Position numbers and translations under genes: made by a program. The notes beneath the pieces were generated by a model. The model was not told the origin of the DNA. It searched no databases and saw only the letters and a program-made list of their open reading frames with translations. 64,000 bases of DNA from Carpediemonas membranifera BICM. Lineage: Eukaryota; Protista; Fornicata. Each line of letters opens with the position of its first letter. Positions within the stretch are counted from its first letter, which is position 1. Of the stretch, positions 32,901 to 41,663 are shown in pieces. The DNA is taken from contig JAHDYR010000013.1 in NCBI GenBank assembly GCA_019828565.1, forward strand, positions 248,001 through 312,000. Direction: 5' to 3'.

Positions 32901-35155
32901 CTGCCCTGGAGCACACTACCAGCAAGTACCTCCCCGTAGCTGAGCTGGCGGCCCAAGTGTCTATGGCACACGCGACATTGGCCTCACTCCACCCGTTGTA
33001 CCAGATCAGAGCGGTCAGACTCAACGCCGTCTTCGAACAGGCGCTGAGGTCAGCTGGCGCAGCGACTGACAGCTCCATCGTTCCAGCGATTCTGACTAAG
33101 CTCACTGTCGCGGCGTTCAGAATGGTCGTCAGGTCGGTACTTAGCGAACATCGTACAGCTGCTATCCTCACGCTGCTCTCGTTCGTTCGTCATGACGTTT
33201 ACACTGATAAGCAATGGCTCTTCCTCCTGGGCGGCCTCACCACCACCAGCGACGCACCAGGCTGGGTCCCAGAAGACCGCAAGACAACCTCCGCACCACT
33301 TTTCGACGTGGTCGACCGCTCACTGTTTGCCGACACATCCCCCTGGAAGACTTGGGCCAGCGGCGGTCAGGACCCGCGTGTGGACACTAAACTGCTCGCC
33401 ATGGCAGCCAAGACGCTCAGGCCCGACCGGTTTGAGGAGCTAATCACCCGCACGATCACGTCCGAGCTCCGTATCGACGCCAGTGTTCTCACCCCGCTCC
33501 CACCCGCCCTGTCACCCTTCCACACACTCCTCATTGGCAGCCCCGGCGCTGATGCGGCTGGGGCAGTCATGGCGCTTGCACCAGAGGGTCAGGCGGTGGA
33601 CTTCACCTCCTTTGGTGAATGTGACTCGACCGCCATCTGTCACAAGATCGCCACGCCTGGCTGGCACGTGGTCACAAACCTCCAGTTGTCACCCACTGAC
33701 ACCAGCATCATCGTCGAAGCGGCTGCCCACATCCCCGTGGGCGATACGCGCATCTTCTTCGTCACGGAGCCCTCGCCCGACCTGCCTCCCACCCTTCCTC
33801 AGCTGTGCGACACATACACACTCGAACTGCCCCGCGGTGTGGCTGCATCCGTCGCCCGTACCTACGAGACGTGGCCCCCGGATCTCCCGGCCACCGTACC
33901 CGACCCAGAGTTCAAGAAACGGGTCTTCCTCGCCGCTGTACTCCATGCGATCATCCTTGAACGCCGCCTCTACTCCCCCAGAGGATGGAGCAAGAAGTAC
34001 GAGTTCTCCTCTGCTGATATGGCGTGCGCCATTGATCTCCTGATCGCCCAATCGCACGGGACATGGTCCTGGTCCCGTATCCAAACCCTATTGGGCTCCG
34101 TCGTCTACGGTGGTAGACTCGAAGGGGAACCCGACGCCAAGCTCCTCAAGGCGCTGGTCAGCAAGTTCATGAGCAGGCCCGCTATCGAGAGGCCGGGGGA
34201 CATCCTTCTCTCACTCCCAGCCCACCCCACGGCCGCGTCGGCCTTAAGCTGCGCGAACTCGTTAACCGATGTTGACCAGGCGTCACTTCTTGGCCTTCCT
34301 GTGAATGCGTCAGTTCAGCAAGCAGTGCAGGCCGCACAGGCGACATGCTCCCAGTTCCGACGTGTGATGGGGTCTTCTGGGTCTGGCCACGCCGACGAGC
34401 TCGTCAAGGGCGTTCTGAGCGCATGGGATGGCGTGAAGACGACGACAGGATGCTGCCAGACCATCACTGTCCGCGAGATGCCGGATGCCATTGGTTCTTT
34501 CTTTGCGGCTGAGGTTGCGGCTATCCACAAGTTCTGCATGCTGATTGACTCAAACCTCGGTATGTTCCGCGACTCCGGATACGACATGACCATTCTTGAC
34601 TCTATCGGGGCGCAGCTTGTGGCGGGTGAGCTGCCGCTTGTATGGGACCGCGCCCTTCCCAACAACATCGGCGATTACTACGCGACCCTCTCTCCGGTTC
34701 GCATGTTTAAGATTATTGGCCAGAAGAGCGCCGCCATACGTCATATGGCGTCTGAATATGCTTCCAGCGGCATTCTAAGTGGTCTCACTGTCGACCTCGG
34801 CGTCTTTATGGTCCCCGGCGGCTTCATCTCAGCAGCATGTCAGCTGGCAGCAAGACAGCTTAAGGTCTCACCCACCACTCTCATGCCCGTGGTACAGTCT
34901 GCCCCAGTCGACGGCGCAGTCAGGGTCAAGCAGCTTTTTGTCACTTCATCTGCAGGTCAAAGTCTGTTGACTTCCACAGCTGAGGTCCACCTTACGTGGG
35001 CAACCAGTGGAATCCCTGGTGATTTACCTGTGTATGTAACACCGCTCAGGGACCCCACAGACTTGCTGTTCCACATCAACGCCAAGGATATCCATGGGCT
35101 GGGTGCGGCATCCGCCATGACAGGCGATTATGCATCAGTGATTAACGATAACTGA
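23981..35155 (+). CDS. DYNC2H1: Cytoplasmic dynein-2 (retrograde IFT) heavy chain, intronless, about 3.7k aa
   Basis: FPRFYFLSDEDLLEILG, GGAPYGPAGTGKTESVKAL, TMNPVAKGYGGR (dynein-2 signature), LDDNRLMALPSGERIQ, stalk, GWSKKYEFS. Confidence 0.9.
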   Translation: MAHHTKGSMSSQRVRSDPLRTQRVRRDPLALIATFTKLLTDSQAEIDKLLANEASLAQSPLSLIRKYRRIYLALTVIRDTRSLFMEAGGDLQSRFDTIFSQTKPKVQFLHNKELSLVNQWVSGVEKALAEPSSEISRSAQGPLFFIDANSMMKVNYPPKLRTILEEAQDLQAMEVTFDKDVSSGEERRKLPPSIEPTITRAGALYQWVGRLVMVASLYNSLSDTSLPYYKGLLEAGKEDLTRALTSRTLYVNSSFDSVKATVGYFMEKAEGLLSRARALKSAHGTVGRVMHAIPTLDLVSDHGRARLEGILTQASEIINTESMRAGKGDPAHHWRLYWNERLRAMLVDAVRNSLTQLTSNANFGMRLGAVSVAFDAMTGTTTTDPAPLDLRAAMSGVINDIVALVTESTGLTSSKGVDVPASFFSVAPDLEDVIDSASRQCDHLASTIQAKAAEFSTAVQLIALPGADEAALYGASEWSMFFATVDEAQQTSALTIPDQIDVSGVVLSIIWLKGTVIPEQFKGAKVKALALAAQCLETHTIELSNFVIDTMTALDSDSESPLEGYKAAQTALDTAQTMTSAMDKVAATVETISAILTTKGFTGIRKSATEVESVIDSWNDLRTRLDRVDSELQQKRASLLATVGQRASSLASLASSLRGVLDHAEPAGARDVSSALSESVRVAELLEELQKMTDDVTQEVSFFGAGVRIDPVVFDTLDRATSFVRPAKLYKQLETDLGDLTGQPWLEFRHRADEVVKLGKEYAKKVEEAQAAGPLHPVVLTSLQHRLSTLSNAAVAVLPVVGEAFTPKYWLQATHLVLGQRIPIESLTGSSWFAQKALEALHDHTEELNQLRRRAEAERQVHAALEELDLWADGFVISLEEKQTPVGPLSVVTDWSDLFTALEEKDLLVESLKEGPHYDSFKDSIDLWVGRLSILMQSLRILTDLQRRWLHLLPVMEGGAIPHQKSVFDRVHRVMVQIMGPKPSTGLRAKPHAVHLPDLVSKAAHEPGRPAPDILGRMVADLEACQRALGEFLDSKRRAFPRFYFLSDEDLLEILGRSADLSTVQRQLPKLFQGVSSAEIESGAVVAVNSSIGERLKLDHPVAISEASVEKWLDQLANEIVVTLKRIISESITRYANENGPDRDIKLAASAPEQAALVANYVHFTSTVSAALARGSVGQLIEPFRARLAAVTKQIAVVDSNLLRAVYQAVATDLTHFVSAIESLATSQTAQVVWDSSLRYTQDSDGVVRLHMFDSVHDYTYEYQGNPPRLVHTDLTSKCYVSLLMGLHLGFGGAPYGPAGTGKTESVKALAQHLGRQVFVFCCDSSLDYSSVQRIFTGIVLSGSWVCLDEMNRLEPTVLSAISGLIQTIQGAVRDRSPVVTLGAGQGELSVRHTAAVFFTMNPVAKGYGGRSLLPENLKLLFRSVAMLKPDAKLIIRVLLTGETFVHAEKLAPDIVTIFSYAQQQLSNMRHYDFGLRAIKSTLITAGRAKRQSNADDVASETAVVMRAILSSQLSKLTARDAELFKNIVRDVFLVQDLPDIAADRAFLELLEESARTLNLTVIPAQLSKVAQLYDATLQRTGVMTVGPALSGKTTALSILALALENNGTVVHKWVVAPKAMNRKELVGSVDPVSREWVDGLLTNTVREACSVQADEDMNGTEAVTWIVIDGDVDPHWVEVLNSCLDDNRLMALPSGERIQLGAKTSIIFETDSLVHASPATVSRMGMVFMHALPVLDVISAPTMKCPAHLAGGISQIVTNKDISIMLEALNQVQLAQTAVNAALALAKEMEVDPDNLPTDSAASAIFHAMRGRLGKAKDATDTERSVTVLSSAVSAVFGTRGLVDVTPDMGDSFVTDSMVDAVSAARNCIHNNTPLLLLGARGSGRRKAIETAAASMPYPVTVRHIWCSGVTTASTLRDVVVRDLKPSFTGAGTRVFRPPSGKTVFVLHGLDTVPKDGYDSREVVNWASHIAHHSSIYDPVTGTADRLVDVVIFATMAPGLWKEGVTLDQIASPRLLGVSTTVSMPRPSTRECRDILLSKIMGLPSSLGQKTTALANTVVAAGESVNKHRPAAEHVTLDQLVRWVGELAHYDLSTDPATAILHAGLTVLGGAPSTHDEKPMQKILAHAIAQKFLGDKTASSDLQKTPLMVALDTSNEVLRQPMEEADLAELGGSTVQFSVIFNALSTATGLTITMNQGCGAIPALMAATRSLGVELHHPAPARPYTTRTMMAELKTAIAAVLEGKKVALVITEPLIDTFPAWLSIVNSLASGVLPPELSWADIQVMAAGASLPPEETQAAILAGLIPVAVLDSAHPAYDDRMRLFVGLSNNTVAVKMTQAEVTGVDESVVMLHKEYATHPSQLGIMAGLFTTTRAAQLERIGSDKARLDRGLQALEGARQAIGDLTTQAESQRKELDEAKAALQVTLEDIRQATVEGTNKTREAETMQAELKTKEAAVAEKRVGAKARLDNVVPVIEEARQAVDRIDNNSLGRAIDYSKGANASRSFKDVIGLIQKITEPRPDQKMSAGVVRRGIEALGQDIDSWARELTDNKKKFASIKKDVANLEPDQELKRAATCLPPLAAWIRAVVNYADTVNDVAPLTAEVERLDSELSNSRRMLADVERELVELKTRGDQLAADYQSRTAESVLLGQKLEAIEDKLGRATWLMNQLESERSRWAFSRDEMAEVAASIDNLAVHAAALTSHGLNRSEDGRQALLDQWSVPQLDYPALVSSHKAIAQWIDAGLPSHAASLTNAAALDLTLTCGVCPLVIDPDGGLVDAAAAVLAARGVPVDRLSPSHPQLLSKLALAVRFGRKVILSLTDPSVLPLLASLLVAEVGDSIIVGSQTVDVSPDFRLILSTVDGDMTKIPPYITGHVVPIRVVTSKAGLVQSFMDITLATLHADMREQRAQATATETKLRKELESLEDDLLTTLSENQTDLLGNDALVETLKTLKASTKEVSRALDAARESKAALEHTTSKYLPVAELAAQVSMAHATLASLHPLYQIRAVRLNAVFEQALRSAGAATDSSIVPAILTKLTVAAFRMVVRSVLSEHRTAAILTLLSFVRHDVYTDKQWLFLLGGLTTTSDAPGWVPEDRKTTSAPLFDVVDRSLFADTSPWKTWASGGQDPRVDTKLLAMAAKTLRPDRFEELITRTITSELRIDASVLTPLPPALSPFHTLLIGSPGADAAGAVMALAPEGQAVDFTSFGECDSTAICHKIATPGWHVVTNLQLSPTDTSIIVEAAAHIPVGDTRIFFVTEPSPDLPPTLPQLCDTYTLELPRGVAASVARTYETWPPDLPATVPDPEFKKRVFLAAVLHAIILERRLYSPRGWSKKYEFSSADMACAIDLLIAQSHGTWSWSRIQTLLGSVVYGGRLEGEPDAKLLKALVSKFMSRPAIERPGDILLSLPAHPTAASALSCANSLTDVDQASLLGLPVNASVQQAVQAAQATCSQFRRVMGSSGSGHADELVKGVLSAWDGVKTTTGCCQTITVREMPDAIGSFFAAEVAAIHKFCMLIDSNLGMFRDSGYDMTILDSIGAQLVAGELPLVWDRALPNNIGDYYATLSPVRMFKIIGQKSAAIRHMASEYASSGILSGLTVDLGVFMVPGGFISAACQLAARQLKVSPTTLMPVVQSAPVDGAVRVKQLFVTSSAGQSLLTSTAEVHLTWATSGIPGDLPVYVTPLRDPTDLLFHINAKDIHGLGAASAMTGDYASVINDN

Positions 35156-35339
35156 CATGTAAAGCACCTTATTGACGCCTACTGCACCCGCAATGGTTTG
35201 TTCGTGGGCCAATGGCCTCAACCAACTTTGAACGTGATCTGAGCGTTATTTGCTGTTGCGTTCGTTGTGACTTTTCGATGAGTCGCAGGAGAGATTTCGG
35301 ATTGAGCCATGCCCCACACCCGACATACTGACCATAAGA

Positions 35340-35703
35340 GTGAAATCTTCGCTACGCTCAGGCTCGCGAAGCTCGGCTGTGCCTCGCCGCTCGCAAAACT
35401 GTTCGTCGCTATATGGCAATAAACGATGCTCCCTCTTCTCCACCTCCGGCATAACCATGAGGTCGGCCGAAGGTATCCACCAGGGGGACCCGCTCTCTCC
35501 AATTCTGTTCAGCTTGGGCGTTAAGCCCATTCTGGACGTCTTTCGTGAGGCTTTCCCTGGGTGGTGCATCCGTGCCTTCCAGGACGACATCGTAGCCACC
35601 ACTACCCGCCCGCTACAGTCGCCTGGGGTCGGCTGTGAGGCCAACAATCTCACAGAACTCGCTACTCAGAAGTTCAACGAGGTTGGCCTCCGCCTCTGTG
35701 ATC
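35340..35703 (+). pseudogene. Non-LTR reverse transcriptase fragment, cut by an LTR insertion
   Basis: GIHQGDPLSPILFSLG and AFQDD motifs; the frame ends at the LTR edge at 35704. Confidence 0.7.
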
Positions 35704-36050
35704 TGTCGAGGTAAAAGGGAGTCTGATTCAAACTGTTTATAGGGTTGGTATTGGGGTTAGTACCCTATACTGCTCACACTTCCCTTCTAAAGGTGCAGCT
35801 CCGGATGGGCCTCGGCGTAGATGTCGAGGGCCTCGAGGTCGCGGACCTCGCGGTACGGGAGCCACTCATCGGCGCCTGGGTAGCCGTCCCAGGCGACGAG
35901 GAACTCAAGGGAACTCTTCGTGGGGCCACCGCGGTGGCCAGTAATGGCTTCGACTTCAAATGTATCGTCGTCCAGTGAGGCGACGGTGAGGTCGTCAAAG
36001 GCCAAGGAGTCGTCGTACTCCACGAGCCGGGAACCGTGGGCATCGGTTTT
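35704..36050 (-). mobile_element. 3' remnant of a second chromovirus family: chromodomain, polypurine tract, 75-bp TGT…ACA LTR (35704-35778)
   Basis: FEVEAITGHR…LEFLVAWDGY…DEWLPY…DLEALDIY resembles the chromodomain of the intact gypsy ORF. The stop is followed by AGAAGGGAAG, then TGTGAGCA…CTCGACA. Confidence 0.7.
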
Positions 36051-36840
36051 CTTCAGCATATGAGGGGAATTAACGTTAATGTGCCTCGCTAATGCGGAGA
36101 ATGCTTTTACAGGGAAAGATGAAGAGAAAACCCTTGTGCCAATAAATGGCTTAAACTGTATAAATGATTAGTGTGGTCTATGACCACCACAGGGGAGGAG
36201 ACGGAGGAGGAGATGTTGGAGGAGATGTTGGAGGTGATCCTTGAGGAGATTGAGGAGGACATGGATGAAGAGGAGGGAATGAATGATGATGATGAATTTT
36301 GGACAGAGGGCGGTTTACCGATTGTTTGCCCGCTTGGGTTTCTTCGGCTTCCGAAAATCCTCGTCCTGTCTCGTTCGCTCCTTGAGGTGCGGGTTCTTGG
36401 CCAGAGTCTTAAACACAACCTCGCTGTCAATCTTCTCGGGGCCCATGTCGGGTTTCTCTGCGAGGGCCGCCGAGCCGGCAGTGGCGACCGAGAGACCAAC
36501 GAGGTAACCATACCGGTCCTTACACCACAGAACACGGTGGCGGAGGTACAGGCGCGAGAGCAATCCATAGCCGTTCAGGCGTCCGAACTTGAAGCCTCGA
36601 TAGAGGTCTTCGAGGAACTCAGCCTCCTCCTTCATCGACTGGGAAGCAGGGCGTTTCCAGGAAAGGTTTGCCTCCTCCTGAAGCTGAGCCACGGTGGTTT
36701 TGAGCTTCTTCTCTTCGGTCTTGTCATCGAGCTGCTCCTTTAGCTTGTCCAAAGCTCCGGAGAGTTCTGCGATCTTGGCCGTCGCTTTCGTTAGCTCTTC
36801 TTGCTCATTGGCGTTCATGCTTGCCTTTCTTTGCTCTCTT

Positions 36841-36946
36841 TGTTGTAACGATGCTAATTCATTTCGACACACTGGTGTCGTCTCGGACCAAGTAGGACCA
36901 AGACGACACCCATAAAATATATAAATATTAATACGGTATTGCGACA
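36841..36946 (-). repeat. 3' LTR (106 bp)
   Basis: Direct repeat of 41664-41778, differing by indels of 2 and 7 nt and one substitution. Confidence 0.9.
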
Positions 36947-37005
36947 CTACCCCTCCCCCCCCACCGAGAGTATTAAAGCCACTTTGCAAATTGTGTCAGA
37001 AACCC

Positions 37006-37071
37006 ATCCGATGGTCGAGGATCTTCCTTCAGGGTGGAACCGGGTTCGACCCCCGGAGTCACCATATTTTT
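37006..37071 (+). ncRNA. tRNA-like Pol III-type segment, antisense within the gypsy 3' UTR
   Basis: ATCC…GGAT D-like stem, perfect T arm CCGGG-TTCGACC-CCCGG, AGTCACCA, then a T5 run. No matching 5' acceptor strand. Confidence 0.45.
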
Positions 37072-37536
37072 CACTGAATGGGTCTTAACCTGCACGACCC
37101 AGCGATGAGTCGAAAAGAAGGAGGAGGCGAAGGACGAAAAAAATGGGAAGGGTGTACTCGATATGCCCTTGCAGCGGCCTACCTCCACCTCCTGTCTGAG
37201 GTCTGAGTACTTCGTGTGGTGGCCGAAACACGAGTCGATGGCGAAAGAGTGAACGGGGAAGATGATCGCAACGAGAGCTGAACCCGAGGGAAATGGGGAG
37301 ATATATAAAGGTGATTGTACTGCTGTAGCACTAGGTTCTCACGGGCATTGGTTCCCCGCAATGCGCAAAAATTTGGAATCAATCGACTATCGATTAACTG
37401 GGGAGGTTTGGACCGAAATTCCCCGCAAAAGAGGTGTAACAAGCATGTGTAGAGCGATATTGGGCGGAAGAATTACTTCCCGGAGGGTAATTGAGCATAA
37501 TTGGCTGCTCGCCGATTGAGTTGCCTAATACTGCGG

Positions 37537-40500
37537 CTAGGACCGGGCCTGCCACCTGCGACGAATACGAGCCAGAGTCGGCTCTAGTGCAGGGTTCTCG
37601 CGCAAATATTGGTCTAGGGCCTCCAGCTGGTCGGTGTCTCTGGTAAAACTAATCCAAGAGTCTTCGCTCGGCTCGTAGCCCAGCCAGTGGACTTTGAATT
37701 CGACCTTGGACCCCTTGTTTGAGACCCTGTGCTTGTAGACATTGTCGACCACGTACTCACCGCACTCGGCGGCAAGTCTAGCGATCAGGGCTTGCTCGTC
37801 CTCTGGCGTCTCGACAGGAATGAGTCGCTCATCGCTGACCAGGACCTCTGCCAGCGACACCAAGTCGCGAACCACGTGCGTAGCGGGCGATTCGCCGGCT
37901 CGTACAACCTTCATCGGGCCCCGGAGGCTGGTGAGCAGCTTGGGAGCTCTGCCAACGTAGCGGAGGAGTGCGAAGGAGCCATCCGGGAAGCTCGGAGGTG
38001 TGTCGCTGTCCTCGCCGCTCTTGTTTCGTTCGCTATACCGTTGGAGATGAGCCTTGGCTTGCAGACGGCGGGTATTAAGGGCGTCGCGGAACGCCTTCAG
38101 GCAATCGGCTTGGCCCGCCGACATTTCCTTAAATAGGGCCCACGCCCGCTCGTATTGCGCGACTGAAAACTGCTCGGAGTCGGATCCCGAATTGCCTGTC
38201 ACTAGGCGTAAGGGGGCTTGCCCCGTGGCCCGTGTTGGCCGTGTATTAATGATGTACTGCACTAAAGGGAGGAAAGGAACCCAGTCATAGTCCTGGCTGT
38301 CAAATAGTAAACCCCGCAACAGACGAAGGACTTTTCCATTCGTGCGTTCAAGAATTCCGTTGGAGGCTGGGTGATGTGGGGTCGAGTAACGATGCTTGAG
38401 GGAGAGGATCCGGTTGACTTCAGCGTCCACTTGGTTCCTAAATTCCGGTCCGCCATCAGTTTGAAGTAGCGCTGGTTTCCCAAATAGGGCCCAGACTTCT
38501 AGCATTGCTTGGGCTGTCTCGGCGGCCGTGGTTGATCTCACCGGCTTCAGTACCACGTATTTCGTGAAGACATCTGTGAAGACCAAGACGCCCTTGTACT
38601 CACCGCTAGCCCCCAGGGAGAGAGTGTCGACTTGGACGCATTCAAAGGGCGTGTACCGGTGTGTGCTGTTCTTCGCCGGGGGCGTTCGCTTGTGTGCGCG
38701 CAACTTCTGGCATGTCAAGCACTGCTTGACTACCCGCTTGGCGAGTGCCGAGACGTCGGGCCAAACATGACCCGCCTCCATCGCAAGAGTCGTAAGGCGT
38801 ACTGCCTTGGGGTGGCCATTGGCGCCCTCATGCAGATCTTGAAGTATGCGCAGCTTCTCCTCCTCCGATGGTACGATCTCGGCACTGTTCACAGTCTTAG
38901 TCGACGATTCTAGCCGTGAAAGAGCGTCGGCGACCACATTATGCTCGCCTGATATGTGGGCAATGTTGAAATTGAATTCTTGCAAAGCAATCCGCCAGCG
39001 CATCACCTTGGGGGATACGAGGGAGCGGCGCATGAGGTACACAATATTCCGGTGGTCTGTGTGGATAGTGAGCGAGTTAACCATCTTGAGTAGAGGACTC
39101 AAGTCAGGCCGGGTGAGGGTATGAAGGATTGCGTACAGCTCCTTGTCGTAGGTGGCCCAGCGCCTCTGCGTCGCGTTAAATAATTTCGAAACGAAGGCGA
39201 CCAGGCGGCGATTCGCGCCCTCTCCCTGGGTGATTACGGCCCCAAGCCCCCGGTCGCTTGCGTCAGTGTAAACGTCCCATGGCAGGCTGGGATCAGGCTG
39301 AGCCAGGACGGTCTCTTGGGCTACCGCCTCTCTCAGGGCCACGAGGGCTTCCTCTTGGCGTGGTCCCCATACGAATGGCTCACCGGCGTTCCTGATCAGC
39401 TCATAGAGGGGGTCCACAAGGTCCGCCGCGGCTGGGATGAAGTCGATCACGTAATTAAACATCCCTAAGAGTGTTCTGACCCCTGAAACATTGCTCGGAG
39501 CCTCTATCGACGTGAGTGCTTCAATCCGTCGCTTGTCGATGCTCTTCCCCTCGCGGGAAAGGTGGAAGCCCACGATGTCTAACTCCTCCGCGCCGATCAC
39601 ACATTTTGCCGGGCTAAGCCGAAGGTCATACTTTGTCAGCAACTGGAAGGTTTGCTCTAAGCGTGCTATAAGTTCCTCCTCAGATTGGGCGTAGATTAAG
39701 ATGTCGTCAATATAGACCAGCACCCCCCGGTGGAGTACCGGGGCGAGGATGGATTGCATGGTACGCTGGAAATAACTCGGAGCGTTAGTCAGCCCGAATG
39801 GGACTCGGTTGAACTCCTCGTAGTCGTCAGGTGTTACAAACGCCGTCATAGCTCTGTCTTCCTCGAGGAGGGGCATCTGATGGTACCCGGACGTCAAGTC
39901 CAAGCTGGCGAAGAATTGAGCCCCCGCCGCCTCCTGCACGAAGGTTTTCAAGTCGGGAAGGGGAAAATGGTCACGAATGGTGGGGGTGTTGAGCTTTGTG
40001 TAGTCCACACAGAGGCGTATGGCGCCGTTCTTCTTATCCACTACCACGATCGGGGAGGAGAACGGTCCGACGCTGTTCCTGGTGATGCCAAGGTGGCGTA
40101 GGCGGGTTACTTTTTCCCGCACCTGAAGGCGTCGTTCCCCTGATAGTCTCCGGGCTCGTTCCTGGACCAGGGCGTCCGGGTCATTCAATCGGATCCGCAT
40201 AGGTTCAACCTTGGCTCCTTGAGCCGGAATGGGGCCGAACAACGTGGAATACTCAGCAAGTAGCGCTCGTACCTCGCTTCGGAGCGTGGCGCTCGCGGAT
40301 TCGGGAATTTCAACAGCACCAACGTCCTCCGAGACGTCTAACTGGTTCAAACTCAGCGGAATGTCGTCCCCGTCCTCCTTGCTCAGATTTTCGGCTACGA
40401 GCTGGAGGAATAAGGAATCCTTCGTGAGAAGCCCGAGTACACGAAGAATGTCGGTGCCAATAAGGATTTTCTCGCGGTCCCCACTGAGGATTGCGAACTT

Positions 40501-41643
40501 CGCCTTAAACCGCGTTGGGGCTCCCGCCAGCGTGAGGTGTAACCAAGCCTCAGTATAGTGGTTAGTTGTCGAAATGGAACCGTTCGCCATTCTGAAGCGG
40601 AGGGTCGGGCCGGTCACTGTCTGTAGGCCAAGGGCCTCTGCTGACGCAGCGGAGATGATAGATTTTGGTGCTCCAGTGTCAATAATAAAGGAATACTCTT
40701 GGTCGTTTATACGACCAGACACTTTGAGTGGCTCATCGGGGTCCGTGTCCAGGAGATTAGCCTCGATTGGCTCCTTCTTCTTCGGGTTGGACCGGAGGCC
40801 GCCTCCTTCTTGGCGAGAGCGCATTGGGGCCCCATTGGGGCACTGATTATCCCAATGCCATCCGCCGCACTTGCCACAGGCACGATGGGGAGGCTTCAAA
40901 GCTGGGTTGACGTCGTTCGGCTTGAGAGTGGAAGACTTCTCCGGGACCCCTGAGGCAACTGCGCCCGGGACCGGGAGGCGAGGCGGTTGGCCTCCTGCGG
41001 CCGTTCCTTTCTTTCGGGTGGAGGACTTTCCGGCCTGGTAGTGACCAAAGCGAATGGCCTTAGCCCGAGCGTCGTCATCTTCTTGAGCGAGGGCAATGCT
41101 CAGCTCGTATGCATCGGCAAGTGACTTCCTCTTAGGATGCTCCTTGAGTTCAAAGTCCAGGACCTTGCGGAAAGTGGATGGGCGGATCCCCTGAAGGAAG
41201 ATCTTACGCGCGTTCTTCTCAAAGGGGGAAATGTCTTCTTCGTCCTCTTCTTGTTCCTCTTCGTCCTCGTCCGAGTCGGACTCTTCGATGTCTTCGGCCT
41301 TAGAGAAAACTGCTGAGAACGCGCTGACGTACGCGCGAATGGAGGTGATTCTTTTTTCAGATACCTGGCAGGTGACGGCCTCGAGCTCTTTGACAAGGGA
41401 CAATTTGTCCACCGGAGCAAGGAACTTGCTGACGTATTCGTCAATCTTGTCGTCATTTGCCTTCGCCAGGTCTACGTTGAGAGTGTCCTCAATGATGTCC
41501 TGCAGGTCATTGGGGAGGAGGACAGCCAGCTTGGCGGCGGGATACAACGCCTTGATTCGGGCGGCATCCCTCTTAAATGAGCGCCAGGTTTCGCTAGTCA
41601 ATGTCTCAACGCTCAGAGTCGGCAGAGAAATATTACCGAACAT
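37537..41643 (-). CDS. Gag-Pol polyprotein (Zn knuckle, PR, RT, RNase H, integrase, chromodomain)
   Basis: CGKCGGWHWDNQC, IIDTGA, YIDD, YTDASD, H…H…CLTC, VDT…TDGG…ERTN, FKVHWLGY…DSW. Confidence 0.95.
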   Translation of the reverse strand: MFGNISLPTLSVETLTSETWRSFKRDAARIKALYPAAKLAVLLPNDLQDIIEDTLNVDLAKANDDKIDEYVSKFLAPVDKLSLVKELEAVTCQVSEKRITSIRAYVSAFSAVFSKAEDIEESDSDEDEEEQEEDEEDISPFEKNARKIFLQGIRPSTFRKVLDFELKEHPKRKSLADAYELSIALAQEDDDARAKAIRFGHYQAGKSSTRKKGTAAGGQPPRLPVPGAVASGVPEKSSTLKPNDVNPALKPPHRACGKCGGWHWDNQCPNGAPMRSRQEGGGLRSNPKKKEPIEANLLDTDPDEPLKVSGRINDQEYSFIIDTGAPKSIISAASAEALGLQTVTGPTLRFRMANGSISTTNHYTEAWLHLTLAGAPTRFKAKFAILSGDREKILIGTDILRVLGLLTKDSLFLQLVAENLSKEDGDDIPLSLNQLDVSEDVGAVEIPESASATLRSEVRALLAEYSTLFGPIPAQGAKVEPMRIRLNDPDALVQERARRLSGERRLQVREKVTRLRHLGITRNSVGPFSSPIVVVDKKNGAIRLCVDYTKLNTPTIRDHFPLPDLKTFVQEAAGAQFFASLDLTSGYHQMPLLEEDRAMTAFVTPDDYEEFNRVPFGLTNAPSYFQRTMQSILAPVLHRGVLVYIDDILIYAQSEEELIARLEQTFQLLTKYDLRLSPAKCVIGAEELDIVGFHLSREGKSIDKRRIEALTSIEAPSNVSGVRTLLGMFNYVIDFIPAAADLVDPLYELIRNAGEPFVWGPRQEEALVALREAVAQETVLAQPDPSLPWDVYTDASDRGLGAVITQGEGANRRLVAFVSKLFNATQRRWATYDKELYAILHTLTRPDLSPLLKMVNSLTIHTDHRNIVYLMRRSLVSPKVMRWRIALQEFNFNIAHISGEHNVVADALSRLESSTKTVNSAEIVPSEEEKLRILQDLHEGANGHPKAVRLTTLAMEAGHVWPDVSALAKRVVKQCLTCQKLRAHKRTPPAKNSTHRYTPFECVQVDTLSLGASGEYKGVLVFTDVFTKYVVLKPVRSTTAAETAQAMLEVWALFGKPALLQTDGGPEFRNQVDAEVNRILSLKHRYSTPHHPASNGILERTNGKVLRLLRGLLFDSQDYDWVPFLPLVQYIINTRPTRATGQAPLRLVTGNSGSDSEQFSVAQYERAWALFKEMSAGQADCLKAFRDALNTRRLQAKAHLQRYSERNKSGEDSDTPPSFPDGSFALLRYVGRAPKLLTSLRGPMKVVRAGESPATHVVRDLVSLAEVLVSDERLIPVETPEDEQALIARLAAECGEYVVDNVYKHRVSNKGSKVEFKVHWLGYEPSEDSWISFTRDTDQLEALDQYLRENPALEPTLARIRRRWQARS

Positions 41644-41663
41644 GTAGCCACTAGTGAATTCAC

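Noticed and set aside
1-35155. Alternative genetic code (TAA/TAG read as Gln, as in hexamitid diplomonads)
   Set aside because: Conserved genes end at TAA or TAG at the expected positions and have no internal ones.
36171-36743. Acidic plus-strand ORF (EEMLEE repeats)
   Set aside because: Antisense reading of the element B gag and Pro-rich linker.
36841-36946. Palindromic repeat resembling a CRISPR repeat or MITE
   Set aside because: Only two copies 4.8 kb apart, with PPT and TSD; they are LTRs.
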